Assembly: GCA_044892525.1 (NCBI GenBank)
Contig: CM097885.1
Span: forward strand, 22,880,001-22,940,000
Direction of reading: 5' to 3'
DNA length: 60,000 bases
Origin: Schmidtea polychroa
Lineage: Eukaryota
The notes beneath the pieces were generated by a model that saw nothing but the letters and a program-made list of their open reading frames with translations, did no database searches and was not told where the DNA came from. Position numbers and translations under genes: made by a program. Shown here one piece after another: positions 26,694 to 39,879 of this stretch (within the stretch, counting starts at the first letter, position 1; each line of letters starts with the position of its first letter).

Positions 26694-27913
26694 TTTGTGG
26701 TAAATCTGAATTATGTATATTTGATAGACCGTCGCCCCAGGCTGTAATAGAATTTGGGGCGTTTGAGGAAGTTTTTCCAATGAATTCAATTACTGATAGT
26801 AGAAATGATATAGAGTTTTATATTAATGGTTCGCAAACTGAATATTTAGATTTGAACGATACTTTATTGACTGTTCAGATCAAGGTTATAGATAAAGATA
26901 AAAAAGCTTTGGGTGATGCTGCTGATGCAATACCGAACAATTTCATGTTTCATACTCTTTTTAAAGATGCTGTGTTGGGATTTAATAATATCAAGATTGA
27001 AGGTGGTAATAATACATTCATTCACAAGGCTTTGATAGAAACTATTTTAAATTACAATTCCGATACTAAAAATACATGTCTTACTCCAATGGGATATGCT
27101 GCAACCGACGATGAAAGAAAAAAGTGGATTAAAGGCTCAAAAACATTCACCATGTGTTCATCGTTACAACTCGATTTTATGGATCAACCGAAATATTTGC
27201 TTCCAGGAGTTAATGTCCACATTCGATTGAAAAGATCCGATTCTGCACTAACTCTTACTAGTGCTACAGGTGCACCAATATGTCAATTAGTTGATGCAAA
27301 ATTATTGGTGAGAAGAGTTCGAGTAGACCCCTCAGTATTAGCTGGTCATCAATTGGGTCTTAATTCAAAACATGCAATTTATCCATTAAAAACAAAGGAA
27401 ATTGTACAATTTGCTATTGCTAAAGGTGCTTCATCATTCTATAAAGAACAAATATTTGGTGACAGAAGAATGCCTAATTTTATTCTGATAACATTTCAAA
27501 GTGAAGCACAATATAATGGATCATATACTGCGTCCAGCTCAATTTTCAAAAACTTCGGTGTTACATCATTGACTTTGTCGAAAAATACTGATTATAGAGA
27601 AACATATATTCAAGATTTCGAGAATGACAATTACTGCGCGACATATATGCAGAGTATTGTTAGAAATCTCGGTTATTTAGATAAAAATTTGAATTGCGGA
27701 ATAACACTAGAAGAATTTAAAAGCAAATACCCATTTTTTACATTTGTTTTAGCCCCTGATTTTGATTTAAATCAAAGTCAATTACCTCAAAATGGAAATT
27801 TACGACTGGATATAAAGTTTGCAAAAGCTATTACTGAACCAGTACATGTTATAATATATGGAGTATTTGAAAATGAAGTTCAAATTACTGCAAATAGAAC
27901 AGTGTTGGTATAA
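26690..27913 (+). CDS. Major capsid protein (double jelly-roll)
   Basis: C.KSEL..F start, IEF.I.G...YLDL..T.L, Q.KYL..GV...I.L.R, G.LRL..KF...L......I.YG.F...V.I...R motifs of Polinton MCPs. Confidence 0.93.
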   Translation: MICGKSELCIFDRPSPQAVIEFGAFEEVFPMNSITDSRNDIEFYINGSQTEYLDLNDTLLTVQIKVIDKDKKALGDAADAIPNNFMFHTLFKDAVLGFNNIKIEGGNNTFIHKALIETILNYNSDTKNTCLTPMGYAATDDERKKWIKGSKTFTMCSSLQLDFMDQPKYLLPGVNVHIRLKRSDSALTLTSATGAPICQLVDAKLLVRRVRVDPSVLAGHQLGLNSKHAIYPLKTKEIVQFAIAKGASSFYKEQIFGDRRMPNFILITFQSEAQYNGSYTASSSIFKNFGVTSLTLSKNTDYRETYIQDFENDNYCATYMQSIVRNLGYLDKNLNCGITLEEFKSKYPFFTFVLAPDFDLNQSQLPQNGNLRLDIKFAKAITEPVHVIIYGVFENEVQITANRTVLV

Positions 27914-28325
27914 ATGTATACAGAAACACAAAAAGTTATCATGGAGTAAGTTGTTTTTTATACTCTGGATTTATTTAAATAGTTCTGTTCAGGTCAATAA
28001 AATCGGAAAACAGATATTGGGAAATGAATTTGTTGGAGTTTTTCCTCTTGATAAAATTCCATATTTGAGCAATAATCAAGCAATAATCGTCAATACTCAA
28101 TCGTCTCATCTTGGTGGAGAACATTGGATAGCTATATATGTGAAACCTGGTAATATATTCGTGTTCGATCCTATGGGTTTCTATTACCCAGCTTTGTTGA
28201 TATCAAAACTACAAACAATGGGAAAACCTATTGTGTATAATAAAACTATGTTTCAAAATCCTTTGACCCAAACATGCGGTCAACATTGTTTAGCTTGGTT
28301 ATTGTACAAAAAATTTGATGTTTAA
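27914..28325 (+). CDS. Adenain-type cysteine protease; 2 exons (27914-27945, 27983-28325), 124 aa
   Basis: F.GVFP.D, IVNT.....GEHW, FDP.G, Q.....TCGQHC catalytic motifs; a 37-bp GTAAGT...AG intron restores the MDSVQV start. Confidence 0.92.
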
Positions 28326-28414
28326 AGAAAAATGTTTAATAAATTTGATGTTTAATAAATGTATCCTTTCCTTTGTTGTTGTGTTATTATTATTAATATT
28401 ATTATTATTATTAA

Positions 28415-28460
<46 letters not shown>

Positions 28461-28821
28461 ATTATTAATATTATTATTATTGTGAAAAATATTATTATTT
28501 TTAATTAATTTTATTATTATTCTAATAAATATTATTATTTGTAACATAAAGACTGCCTTTGCATGAGGCATGCACAGTGCAAGTTAACAAAGGCATGACT
28601 AACAAAGGCAGTCACATGTAATTCTGACTGATTTACATTACATACATGCATGCGTGTGATTGGTTGAGAGAGTAAAATATTCAATGTATATGTGTGTGTG
28701 TCTATATTCTCATTGGCTGGGACAGGAAAATATTCATTCTCTTTATAAACATTGACAAATCTAAAATTTGTCACAATTATTTCAAATTTTTCAAATTTCG
28801 ATTTCAATTTTAAAAATCTAA

Positions 28822-29496
28822 ATGGCTAACAATAATAAAAATGGAATTCTAAGAAATCTTTTGACGACAATGGGTAATTTATTTTATTTTATTTTATTAT
28901 ATTTTATTTTATTATTATTTTAGAACCATTCGATTGGTACGATGTAACGGAAGATGACTCGATATTAACAGTGGATAAGATCTTCGGTAAATTTATTATT
29001 ATAATTTTTAATAAATTATTTTTTTTTCAATTCAGAAAATGCTTCAAATAGCGACGATGATGTCGTCTTTATCGGGGAAAGTAATGCTCCTAATAAGATC
29101 TTTGGTAAATTTATTATTATTTTTTTTATTAAATTATTTTTTTTTCAATTCAGAAAATGTTTACAATAGCGACGATGATGTCGTCTTTATTGGGCAAACT
29201 GATGCCCCTAATTATGCCCCTAATTATGCCCCAGTTCTCAAAGAAAAAAGTAAATTTTATTATTATTTCTATTAAATTAATTTTCATTTCAGAAAATGTT
29301 TTAAATGTTGATATTGACGAAGAAGAAATTAATGTCCTCGCATCGGATGATGGTGAAATCTGTGAGAATGATGGGCAAATCTCATCGGATGATGATCAAA
29401 TCTCAGAGAATGATGGGCAAATCTCATCGGATGATGATCAAATCTCAGAGAATGATGGGCAAATCTCTGAGAATGATTCCGACATGGAATCAAAAT
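28822..29496 (+). CDS. Five small exons (28822-28873, 28924-28986, 29036-29104, 29154-29249, 29293-29496) encoding an acidic leader with SIM-like motifs; probably the 5' part of polB
   Basis: Four 43-50 bp phase-1 GT-AG introns keep one open frame; duplicated exons encode SDDDVVFIG; ends at a phase-1 donor GTAAGA at 29497. Confidence 0.7.
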
Positions 29497-30244
29497 GTAA
29501 GAAATATTTATTTTTATATATATATTTTGTTTTTTATTTATATGTTAAATTTGTAATAACTTATTTAAATATTTTGATAAAAAACTTTTTTAAATATTTT
29601 AATAAAAATTATGATGAAACTTCTGAAGAAAATGATTTTATGATTTATAATGAAAATATACCGAAAAATTATGAAGAAAAATGATTATATGTTTTATAAA
29701 GAAAATGATGAAAATATGACGAAAATTATGATGAAGAAAATTATGAATTTATGATGAAGAAAATAGGATGAAAATCAATTATGATGAAAATGATTTACAA
29801 CCAAAATTATGATGAAAATGATTTATGATGATATAATGAAAATGAATTATGATGAAGATATGACGAAAATTATGATGAAAATGATTTATGATGATATAAT
29901 GAAACTTCTGAAGAAAACTATTTTATGATGAAAATTATTTATACCGAAAATTATGAATTTATGATGAAAATGATTTATGACCAAAATTATGATGTAAATG
30001 ATTATACTAAGTTTCTGAAAGTTATTATTATCAAAATATTTAAAAAGTAAAAAAAAAAATCAAATTTTATTTTATTAAATTTCTCGGGCCTCCTGGCCAA
30101 GAAGGGGAGATCGATTCTCACCCTTATGTAATCTGAAGCTTTTATTTGGATAAACAATAGATGCTGGAGTGTAATACTCCTACATTAAACGTTCTGTAAG
30201 AGTTCTGTCAGGTTTCGGTATTAGTTGTTGATGTTAGGAATTGT

Positions 30245-30821
30245 TAGGAGAGGCTTGTTAAGGCTTCTGTCAGGTTCAGTATTGTTAAGGCTTCTGTCAG
30301 GTTCAGTATTGTTAAGGCTTCTGTCAGGTTTAGTATTGTTAGGCTTCTGTCAGGTTCAGTATTGTTAGGGCTTCTGTCAGGTTTAGTATTGTTAGGCTTC
30401 TGTCAGGATCAGTAGGAGAGGCTTGTTAGGGCTTCTGTCAGGATCAGTAGGAGAGGTTTGTTAAGGCTTCTGTCAGGTTCAGTAGGAGAGGCCTGTTAAG
30501 GCTTCTGTCAGGTTCGGTAGGAGAGGCTTGTTAAGGCTTCTGTCAGGTTCAGTATTGTTAAGGCTTCTGTCAGGTTCAGTATTGTTAAGGCTTTAGTATT
30601 GTTAGGCTTCTGTCAGGTTCAGTATTGTTAAGGCTTCTGTCAGGTTTAGTATTGTTAAGGCTTCTGTCAGGTTTAGTATTGTTAAGGCTTCTGTCAGGTT
30701 CAGTAGGAGAGGCTTGTTAAGGCTTCTGTCAGGTTCAGTAGGAGAGGCTTGTTAAGGCTTCTGTCAGGTTCAGTAGGAGAGGCTTGTTAGGGCTTCTGTC
30801 AGGTTCAGTAGGAGAGGCTTC
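30245..30821. repeat. Tandem minisatellite of 26/27/35-bp units (core GGCTTCTGTCAGGTTCAGTA)
   Basis: Many direct copies visible, with outliers at ~30200 and ~31150-31215. Confidence 0.9.
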
Positions 30822-31619
30822 TATGTGGTTAGGAGCACTAAAAGTTAATTAAGTAGGGCGGAGTTGGAAGACTCCATTTGTGGTCAAATATTATACATTA
30901 TATTATATTAAGTATTAGAAAGATAGGTCAAAGGAAGAGGTATTATTAAAGATAGGTGGTTATAATGGATATACAACAAACTAAGAACTAAAAAAATTGA
31001 AAAAAAGGAATTATCAGTGAGGCGGAGCCGCTACAGGGGCTCCTACATTGACCTACACTGATAATATACACGGATAATATGTCAGATAGTTTAGTTGCAA
31101 TCTGAGTCCTAGGTGGGACGTGGGAGGTTTGTCGGGTGATGTTTTAGTATTGTTGCGGCTTCGGTCAGGTTCTGTAGTAGCTGTTGGGAGAGGCTTGTTA
31201 AGGCTTCTGTCAGGTTTATTCATCAAAGGATGTGGTTGGATTCATTCAGGTTATATTTGCTGTAGATTATAAGTAAATATATTGTATATAGATATAGGGT
31301 TTTCCCATTCCGGTCAGTGCTATGAATGTTTTAAGAAACAGAATAATTCAGATAATCATATCAATTTATTTCTAAATGTAGTTTAATATCAATTAAAGTA
31401 AATATAGGAAGGATGTTGTATAGATTTATAGTTAGAGAGATAATGCAATTTTAAATTAAGATTAGTTAATATTCATAAGAGGAGTATGATAAGTATATAT
31501 AGTCAAATTAAAATTGACTCAAAAATCAAAGTTAATTTAAATATTAGGAATATAAATTAGCGAATATAAATGAGGGTATTTAATATATATACATATATAT
31601 TGTAACTTAGTTAAATTAT

Positions 31620-32725
31620 TTAGATTGAGATATTTGAAAATCTCAATTTCCAAAATAACTAGTAATTTAAACAATTGTCAATTAAATTCGAAATGTATTT
31701 TATTACCAATTTAATTCAAAAAGTATTTTATTATAAAATTATTTAATTAAATATAGATAGGATTATGTATACAATAAAATTTTAAATATAGTTAGTATTC
31801 AAAAGATGAATATATATATAGTTAACCAAAATCCAAGTTAATTCATACCTTAAGAGATTAAGGTATAGATATAGTCAAATTAATTAAATTTTAATGAATA
31901 TAATTTTATAATAGGAAATTATAAATAAGGGTAAGTTTTATATCTAGTATATATAAAGATAACGATATTTGAAAATTTCAAATTCCAGGATAATTAGTAA
32001 TTTAAACAAATATCAATTAATTCAATATATAGATATAGTTAAATTAATTATAATTAAGCTTTTAAGGAATATAGTTTTATAATGGTGATATGAAGGTTAG
32101 ATATAAATAAGGGTATATATATATATATATATATATGAGAAATTAAATATAGATAGGGGTACATATAATTTATAAAAAATTTAAACAAAATTTAAACAAG
32201 TGTATTTTATTACCTATTTAATTCAAAAAGTATTTTATTATAAAATTTAATTAAATATAGATAGGATAATGTATACAATAAATTTTAAATATAGTTAGTA
32301 TTCAAAAGATGAATATATATAGTTAAATTAAAATTAAACCAAAATCCAAGTTAATTCAAACCTTAAGAGATTAAAGTATAGATATAGTCAAATTAATTAA
32401 ATTTTAATGAATATAATTTTATAATAGGAAATTATAGATAAGGGTATTTTTTATATCTAGTATATAATGATAGTAAAATTATTTAAATTGAGATATTTGA
32501 AAATTTCAAATTCCAAGATAATTAGTAATTTAAACAAATATCAATTAATTCAATTTATAGATATAGTTAAATTAATTATAATTAAGCTTTTAAAGAATAT
32601 AGTTTTATAATGGTGATATGAAGGTTAGATATAAATAAAGGGTATATATACATACATACATATATACATACATACACATATATATATATATAAATATGAG
32701 AAATTAAATATAAATAAGGGTATAT
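31620..32725. repeat. Imperfect ~0.5 kb AT-rich tandem duplication
   Basis: Blocks such as TTTAATTCAAAAAGTATTTTATTATAAAATT (~31710, ~32217) and GATATTTGAAAAT recur. Confidence 0.75.
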
Positions 32726-32768
32726 ATAAAAAATGTTGAAGATATTTCACCGTGATACATAGCTGAGC

Positions 32769-34532
32769 TTATAAATCCAAGTTGCAGTCTGCATCATAGG
32801 ACGAATCGGAAGTAGAATCTGAATTGGAGATATTATCGGAGTCTGAATCACAGGGAGGATCGGAAATGGAATCGGAGCTAGAGATGTTAAGAGGGTCTGA
32901 ATCTGTGTATGTGCATTCAGTGATGTAGTTTGGAGCATAGACACGAACGGAAGCATAATTTCGATCATACTCAGAAATTGAGTCAGAATCTGGGTATGAA
33001 TCAGTATCAGAGCTAGACTCGGAATCTGGATCAGAATCAGAGAATGACTCTGAATCTGGATATGAATCAGGTTGTTTCTCAATATCTGTCATCTTCTTTT
33101 CAATAATACTGTCATCAATAAGATTTATATAGTGGGCATTCAGTGTTGTAGAGTGGTTTTGAATTTGGGCTGTTGGTAGATAAGTATTCATGATAAATAG
33201 ATTATCTTCTTTGTTGGCAGTTTTAGTAGGCTGTTTTTCAGTATCCGGTTTTGTTTTAGTAATGCTGTCGTCCATAATATTGACATTATGGGCATTCAGT
33301 GATGTATAGTTTTTTGAATTTTCGGCTGTTGGTGGATCAGTGTTCATGATAAATAGATTATCTTCTTCGTTTGTATTATTAGGTTCATTGCTCGGTAATT
33401 CGGTATTAGATCTAGAATTGTCATCTGTTTGGACTTCAACATCGTACCTAGCAGATAATAAATCGAAATGCATATTATCTAGAGTATTAATAGGTTTTAT
33501 TGGTATAGGACTAGAGTAGTGGGGTCTAGGTAGGTTAATATAGTTTGAGGTTTTTGGTTTCCAAATTTTGACGGTCGGTTTTGGTATAGAATAAGGTGGA
33601 TTTATTTGAGTTATTGTATTATTCTTAGGTCTCCTGCCAACATTTTCCGGGAGCCGGCCTCGGGCCGGCGAGCTGCGTATATTATTCTTTTCGTCCTCCG
33701 ACGGAGGACGAAAAAAATTTTCAGCATGGTCATCAGATCTGAAATTTGGTGAAAATTTAAACAAATTTTCCCTTAAATTTTCTTTAAATATTTTAATTTT
33801 TCTATTTTTGATTTTGTTAATTTTTCTTTTTCTCTTTTTATAATTAAATTTCACGTTATTAGGCTTTTCATTATTCATTTTTACATTATTAGGTTCTACA
33901 ATATTAAGTTTTACATTATTATTAAGTTTAGTATTATTAAGTTTTAAATTATTAAATTTTACATTATTAAAATCATTTATGAAAAAATCATTATAATATT
34001 TAATGTTAAGATTATTATTAAGAAAGGATATATATTTGATACTTTGAGAGTCTTTTTTATAATTTTTATCAAAGGGTGTTTTTTTAATTTTATCTTTATA
34101 AGAAATATTATTAGCAGTATTATTTTTGAAAACATTTTTATAATTAGATAGGTAATTTTGATTATTAGTTACTTTTAGCAGCCATATTTCTATGGCCGCT
34201 TCGAACGCGTTTAGGAAATCCACGTGCTGTTCATGGACCAGGTCTCCTATGATGAAACTTCCAAAGACCATTTTATCGGCATATTTGAAAGTGTTTAAAC
34301 TGATGTTCCTAAAGTTGGTGCCGATACTTTCCCATATTGCGATTCGAAGATCCTGTGACATATCAATGTTTCCTGCAAAATAGTTAAATAATTGATAAGC
34401 AAGATAGAACTCATTGATTTCTGCCCCAGTGCTAGTGAATGTTATATGGAGTAATTCTACTAAGCACTGAGGACTTTTACAGAAAATTTTCAGCATGGTC
34501 AAATTATGGTTATAAATCCTTGTAGTTTGCAA
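32769..34532 (-). CDS. Hypothetical 587-aa protein: globular N-terminal ~125 aa, basic NLS-like region, Ser/Asp-rich tail
   Basis: A long stop-free ORF in very AT-rich DNA; KKRKRK, duplicated EDNLFIMNT..PTA motif and SD repeats; no family recognised. Confidence 0.7.
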   Translation of the reverse strand: MQTTRIYNHNLTMLKIFCKSPQCLVELLHITFTSTGAEINEFYLAYQLFNYFAGNIDMSQDLRIAIWESIGTNFRNISLNTFKYADKMVFGSFIIGDLVHEQHVDFLNAFEAAIEIWLLKVTNNQNYLSNYKNVFKNNTANNISYKDKIKKTPFDKNYKKDSQSIKYISFLNNNLNIKYYNDFFINDFNNVKFNNLKLNNTKLNNNVKLNIVEPNNVKMNNEKPNNVKFNYKKRKRKINKIKNRKIKIFKENLRENLFKFSPNFRSDDHAENFFRPPSEDEKNNIRSSPARGRLPENVGRRPKNNTITQINPPYSIPKPTVKIWKPKTSNYINLPRPHYSSPIPIKPINTLDNMHFDLLSARYDVEVQTDDNSRSNTELPSNEPNNTNEEDNLFIMNTDPPTAENSKNYTSLNAHNVNIMDDSITKTKPDTEKQPTKTANKEDNLFIMNTYLPTAQIQNHSTTLNAHYINLIDDSIIEKKMTDIEKQPDSYPDSESFSDSDPDSESSSDTDSYPDSDSISEYDRNYASVRVYAPNYITECTYTDSDPLNISSSDSISDPPCDSDSDNISNSDSTSDSSYDADCNLDL

Positions 34533-34570
34533 TGTGCATCTACAATAGTTAAAATAATAATAATAATAAT

Positions 34571-35025
<455 letters not shown>

Positions 35026-35032
35026 TTTCTTT

Positions 35033-35077
<45 letters not shown>

Positions 35078-35280
35078 TATAAATAATAATCAGACCCCGT
35101 CTACTAAAATCTCTCTAATATTCTATCGAATATATTAACCTATTTTCTATAATGATTTATCATCATTTGTTATTTAATTCAAATGAACTATATAACAAAT
35201 GATGATAAATCCTTGTAGAAGTAACAATTAGTTTTCTATATAGAAAAAAACAATAAAATTTTAATTTTATTATTTAACAG

Positions 35281-38200
35281 GTATACTATACCCGAACTAT
35301 TGTCAAACATCAATTGGACATAGTGATAAATGTCATAGAACAATGACAAAATATTACCGAAAAAAGTTTAATTCGGTCAACTTTTTTATATGCCCCAAAT
35401 GTGTAACGAGCGAAAAAATAAAATATAGGGAATTTTTTAATAAACATCATAATCACTTAGGGCAATTTTCGATATCAAAAAATGTTTTATTTAAAAAAAT
35501 AAATAAAAAATTAAATAAAAAAAAAAAATTAGAAAATAATTTACAAAAAAACTTACAAAAAAATTTAGAAAATAATTTACAAAAAAATTTGCAAAAAAAT
35601 ATTAAAAAAAATAAAAAAAATATTATTAAAGATTCAAATATTAAAAAAGATGCTATTAAAAAAGATACTATAAATATTATTAAAAAAGATATTATAAATA
35701 TTAAAAAAGATTCTATTAAAAGACCTGCTGGTTTAATTAAAAATTGCATTCCTAATAAATTATCGCGACCTGAAGTGATAGTCATCAGCAAAGATGAATG
35801 TGTAGCTTCAACATCGTTTACACACCAAGCACCCATTACACAACACGCACCCATTACACAACAAGAAGTGATAGTCATCAATGATGAATGTGTAGCTTCA
35901 ACGTCTTTGAACATATGCCAAATAGGCGGCTCTTTATTTGAACCTATGGTAGAATCCGATTTGAACGGATCGCGTAAAACTTTAAGATTTGATATTAGAA
36001 ATCAAAACTTAGTAAAAATAGCCCTAACATCAAAAATTGAAGATAGATTAATACAGGAAATAGAAAAGATGGGCAATGTAAAAATTCAATTCACAATTTT
36101 AATTAAATTTGAAAAAGATGGGGAGATCCGGGATAATTATTTTTCAAACAATGCTCAAGTTTTTACATCAAACTTTATAAACGAGGGGGTGAGCAAATTA
36201 AATGAAAAGATTGAGCAATTCACCTATTTAGGAAGCGGGTGGCGAGTAATGAATATTTTAGAAATAGATTTTATTTTAACGAAATACGCACCCGTCAGTA
36301 GATTATCCGGACATAGCTATATAAAAACCCCATCAGCATTAAAATTAAAACATGCAATAATTAATGTAAAAAACAACGACCATAAGTGCTTCTTGTATAG
36401 CATTCTTGCACTTTTAAAAAGAGAAGAAATAGGTCGTAATCACCAAAGAGCCGCCAAATATATAGAATTTTTACCTCTATTAAATTATGACGAAGACACT
36501 GATTGCCCGATGAGGCTATGCAACATTCCCAAATTTGAAAGAAAAAATAGAGATTTAAACTTGAGCATAAACGTTCTGTCTTATAATCCAGCCAGTTCTG
36601 ATTTAGATATTTCTGAGGATTATGTAGCTCACCACCCTCATCTTAATATAGTACATCGCTCCAAGGTTATAGACGGTAGACCAATTTATTTATTACTTTT
36701 GAGTAATAAAGATAAATATCATTATACAGCCGTGACAGACTTGGACAAATTAATGAATTGTCATGAAAATGAAAATGTAAATGTTCAAATAAGGTGTAAC
36801 TGGTGCCCACATTGTTTAAATGGCTTTAGATATAAGAATGCTTTCGATCAGCATGTTGCTCTATGCTGTAAAAATCAGACTGGCACAACTTTGTATACAC
36901 TTCCTAAAAATAAAGATTTATTATTCACAGATTACGCGAAAACAGTTACACCTCCCTTCGTAATTTATGCCGATTTTGAATCGGTTTTACCAGAACATGA
37001 AACATATCATCAAATACATTTACCCATATCAGCAGGTCTTTTATTAATTAATAATTATACACACACTAAATTTTATTATTATTTTTTTGGACCTAATTGT
37101 ATTTTGGATTTTTTGAGGAAAGTGGAGGAAATTGCTGTCACAATTGTCCTGCCATATTATGATCTTGAAGGTCGTAAAGGTATGTCTACTTTGTCTTTTG
37201 CTCAGGAGCGTGCCTTTCGATCTTCCACTATTTGTTATTTGTGTAAAAAATCTATTATTAATCCTGTGAGAGATCATTGCCATTTTACAGGTAGATATGT
37301 CGGAGCGGCATGTAGGAAATGCAATGTCTCTCGCAGGATTAATAAATTGTTACCTGTTGTCTTTCATAATTTACGAGGCTATGACCTCCACCATATTTTA
37401 AAACATGGTCTCAGTGATTTTCCCCTTTGGGAACTTAATATTATACCTACCTCTACAGAAAAATTTATATCTTTAATTGCATATATTAACAAATTGCCTG
37501 TTCGTTTTATTGACAGCATGCAATTTGTTAATTGTTCTTTAGCAAAAGCTGTGAAAACCTTAACTACTTTTCCTTTGACTTCGTCTGTCTTTCAAGGGTC
37601 GATGATTCACTCTAAAGGTATCTTTCCATATAATTTCGCCACTTCTTTAGATGTTCTTGAATCGACTTTAGAATTACCTCCTATTTGGTCTGATGTTACG
37701 GAAGATCAGTACGCTGAGGCTCAACTAATTTGGAGTCAGCATAACTGTAATAATTTGTTAGATTATATGTTAATCTACCTAAAATTGGACGTATACCTCC
37801 TCGCAGATTATTTTCAGCAATTCCGCGGTAAGGCAATTGCTTACAATGGTCTGGATCCTCTTAATTTCTACGGGATTCCCGGTATGTCATGGGCCTCAGC
37901 GCTTATGACATTAACGGAACCAATAGAACTTCTGCAGGACATGGAAATGTATAATTTCTATGAGGGAGGTATCCGGGGTGGGTTAACATTTGTTAACAAA
38001 CATTACACGGCTACTTCAGATGATACAGAATTATTGTACATTGATATAAATAATCTGTATGGTTGGGCTCTTAGCCAAAATCTTCCGTATGGTGATTTTT
38101 CTTGGGTGAATAATAACTTGAATGATGTTTTACTTGAATGTATGAACACGGATATTGATAACCTTCCATATGGGTATACTATGGAGGTCGATATCGATAT

Positions 38201-39338
38201 TCCGGAATGTGTGCATGACTTTTTGAATGATTTTCCGCTTGCGCCGGAAAAGTTGTGCCCGCCTAATTCAAAAGTTGAGAAGCTTATGCTTACGCATTGG
38301 CCAAAGAGGAACTATGTTCTTCATTGGAGGCTTCTCAAATTGTATATAGAATTAGGTGCGGTTGTTGTAAATATTCATAGGTGTATAAAGTTTAAACAAG
38401 GACCTATCTTTAAATCCTACATAGACACCAACACCACTTTACGATCTCAGTCTACTAGTGAGATATATAGGGACTTGTTTAAATTGTATAATAACTCTCT
38501 TTACGGTAAATCGGTTGAAAATTTGAAAAAAAGAAGGAATTTGAGGTTGTGTAATTCATCCGAAAATATGATAGTATACTCCTCAAAGCCGACTTTCAGA
38601 AAGTCCATAAGAATCGATAACGATCTGATTGCGGCACATTTGGAAAAAGATGTGATTTGTTTAGACAGACCTAGCTACATTGGTCAAACAGTACTAGATC
38701 TGTCTAAACTGCGGATGTACCAGCTCCAATATATTGATTTGGAGAAGTACAGACGCCAATATAAATGTATCATAAATATTATTGCCGGTGATACCGACAG
38801 TTTCTTTTTGGAAATAAAAAATTTAAAATTAACAACTTTATTACCTCAGATGATCTCTGATAATTTATTGGATACATCAAATTACGATCCAACCCACCCC
38901 TTGTATAGTAGGAACCTTGACTCGGTCATCGGGAAGTTTAAAGATGAGAGCAAGGGATTAGGGTATTCTGAATGGGTTTTCTTACGCCCTAAATGTTATA
39001 GTCTTTTAGGTAGTAAGGAAACGGTAAAAGCAAAAGGGGTTAAATTACCAGGGACATCAATAAATCACGAATCATATCTAAATTGCTTTCATTCAAATCA
39101 GGTGATTTCTGTACCGCAGACTAGAATAGGTACTAGAAATCACCAACTTTTTACTTTTAAAAATTCGAAAATTGCCCTAAGTAATAATGATGATAAGCGC
39201 GCGTGGCTAGGAAAAAACTTAAGTTACGCATTTGGGCACTATTTAGGAGTTGACGAATTAAGCGAATATGATGAGGAATTCGGTCCAGCTCCAAGTCCCA
39301 GTTTTGACGACAGCGAATGGGACGAAGATCAAATTTAA
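35281..39338 (+). CDS. polB: Protein-primed family B DNA polymerase (main exon; first in-exon ATG 35343) with terminal-protein/vOTU-like region and EndoVII-like insertion
   Basis: GSGW, DHKCF...HY, ExoI YADFES, CxxC..DHCHFTG.Y.GAAC..CN, ExoII FHNLRGYD, motif A YIDINNLYGWA, motif B KLYNNSLYGK, motif C GDTDS, KCY, KAKGV, DDKR. Confidence 0.97.
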
Positions 39339-39659
39339 ATAGAAAAAACTTTATATTTTTGATTCATAAAAACTTGTATAGTGATTTCATGATTTATAAA
39401 AAATTGTATAGAAACTTTTATTTAAAAACTTGTACAAAAACCTGTATATTGTATAAAACTTGTATTTATATATACATATTCAATAAAATTTTTAATCAGA
39501 TTTTTTAAGTATTTGGTGTTTTATTATAATTTTTTTATATTTAATGGTGATTTTTATATAGTCTGCAGTGAGCATGCAGCTATATGTTTTATATAGTCTG
39601 CAGTGGGCATGCAGCTATATCAATGAAATAATAATAATAATAATATTAATAATATTAAT

Positions 39660-39741
<82 letters not shown>

Positions 39742-39749
39742 TTAATAAT

Positions 39750-39801
<52 letters not shown>

Positions 39802-39879
39802 CTTTAAACAGGTTGCAAAGGGTACTAGTCATGCTTATTATTGTTATACATTTGATGGTTACATTTTGAAAGCTCTATT

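Noticed and set aside
27858..27945. ORF-track N-terminus of the protease and the 25280 start of the penton
   Set aside because: Both overlap upstream genes; the spliced start at 27914 and ATG 25331 fit family motifs better.
30245..30821. CRISPR-like appearance of the repeat arrays
   Set aside because: No unique spacers, no cas genes, eukaryotic context.
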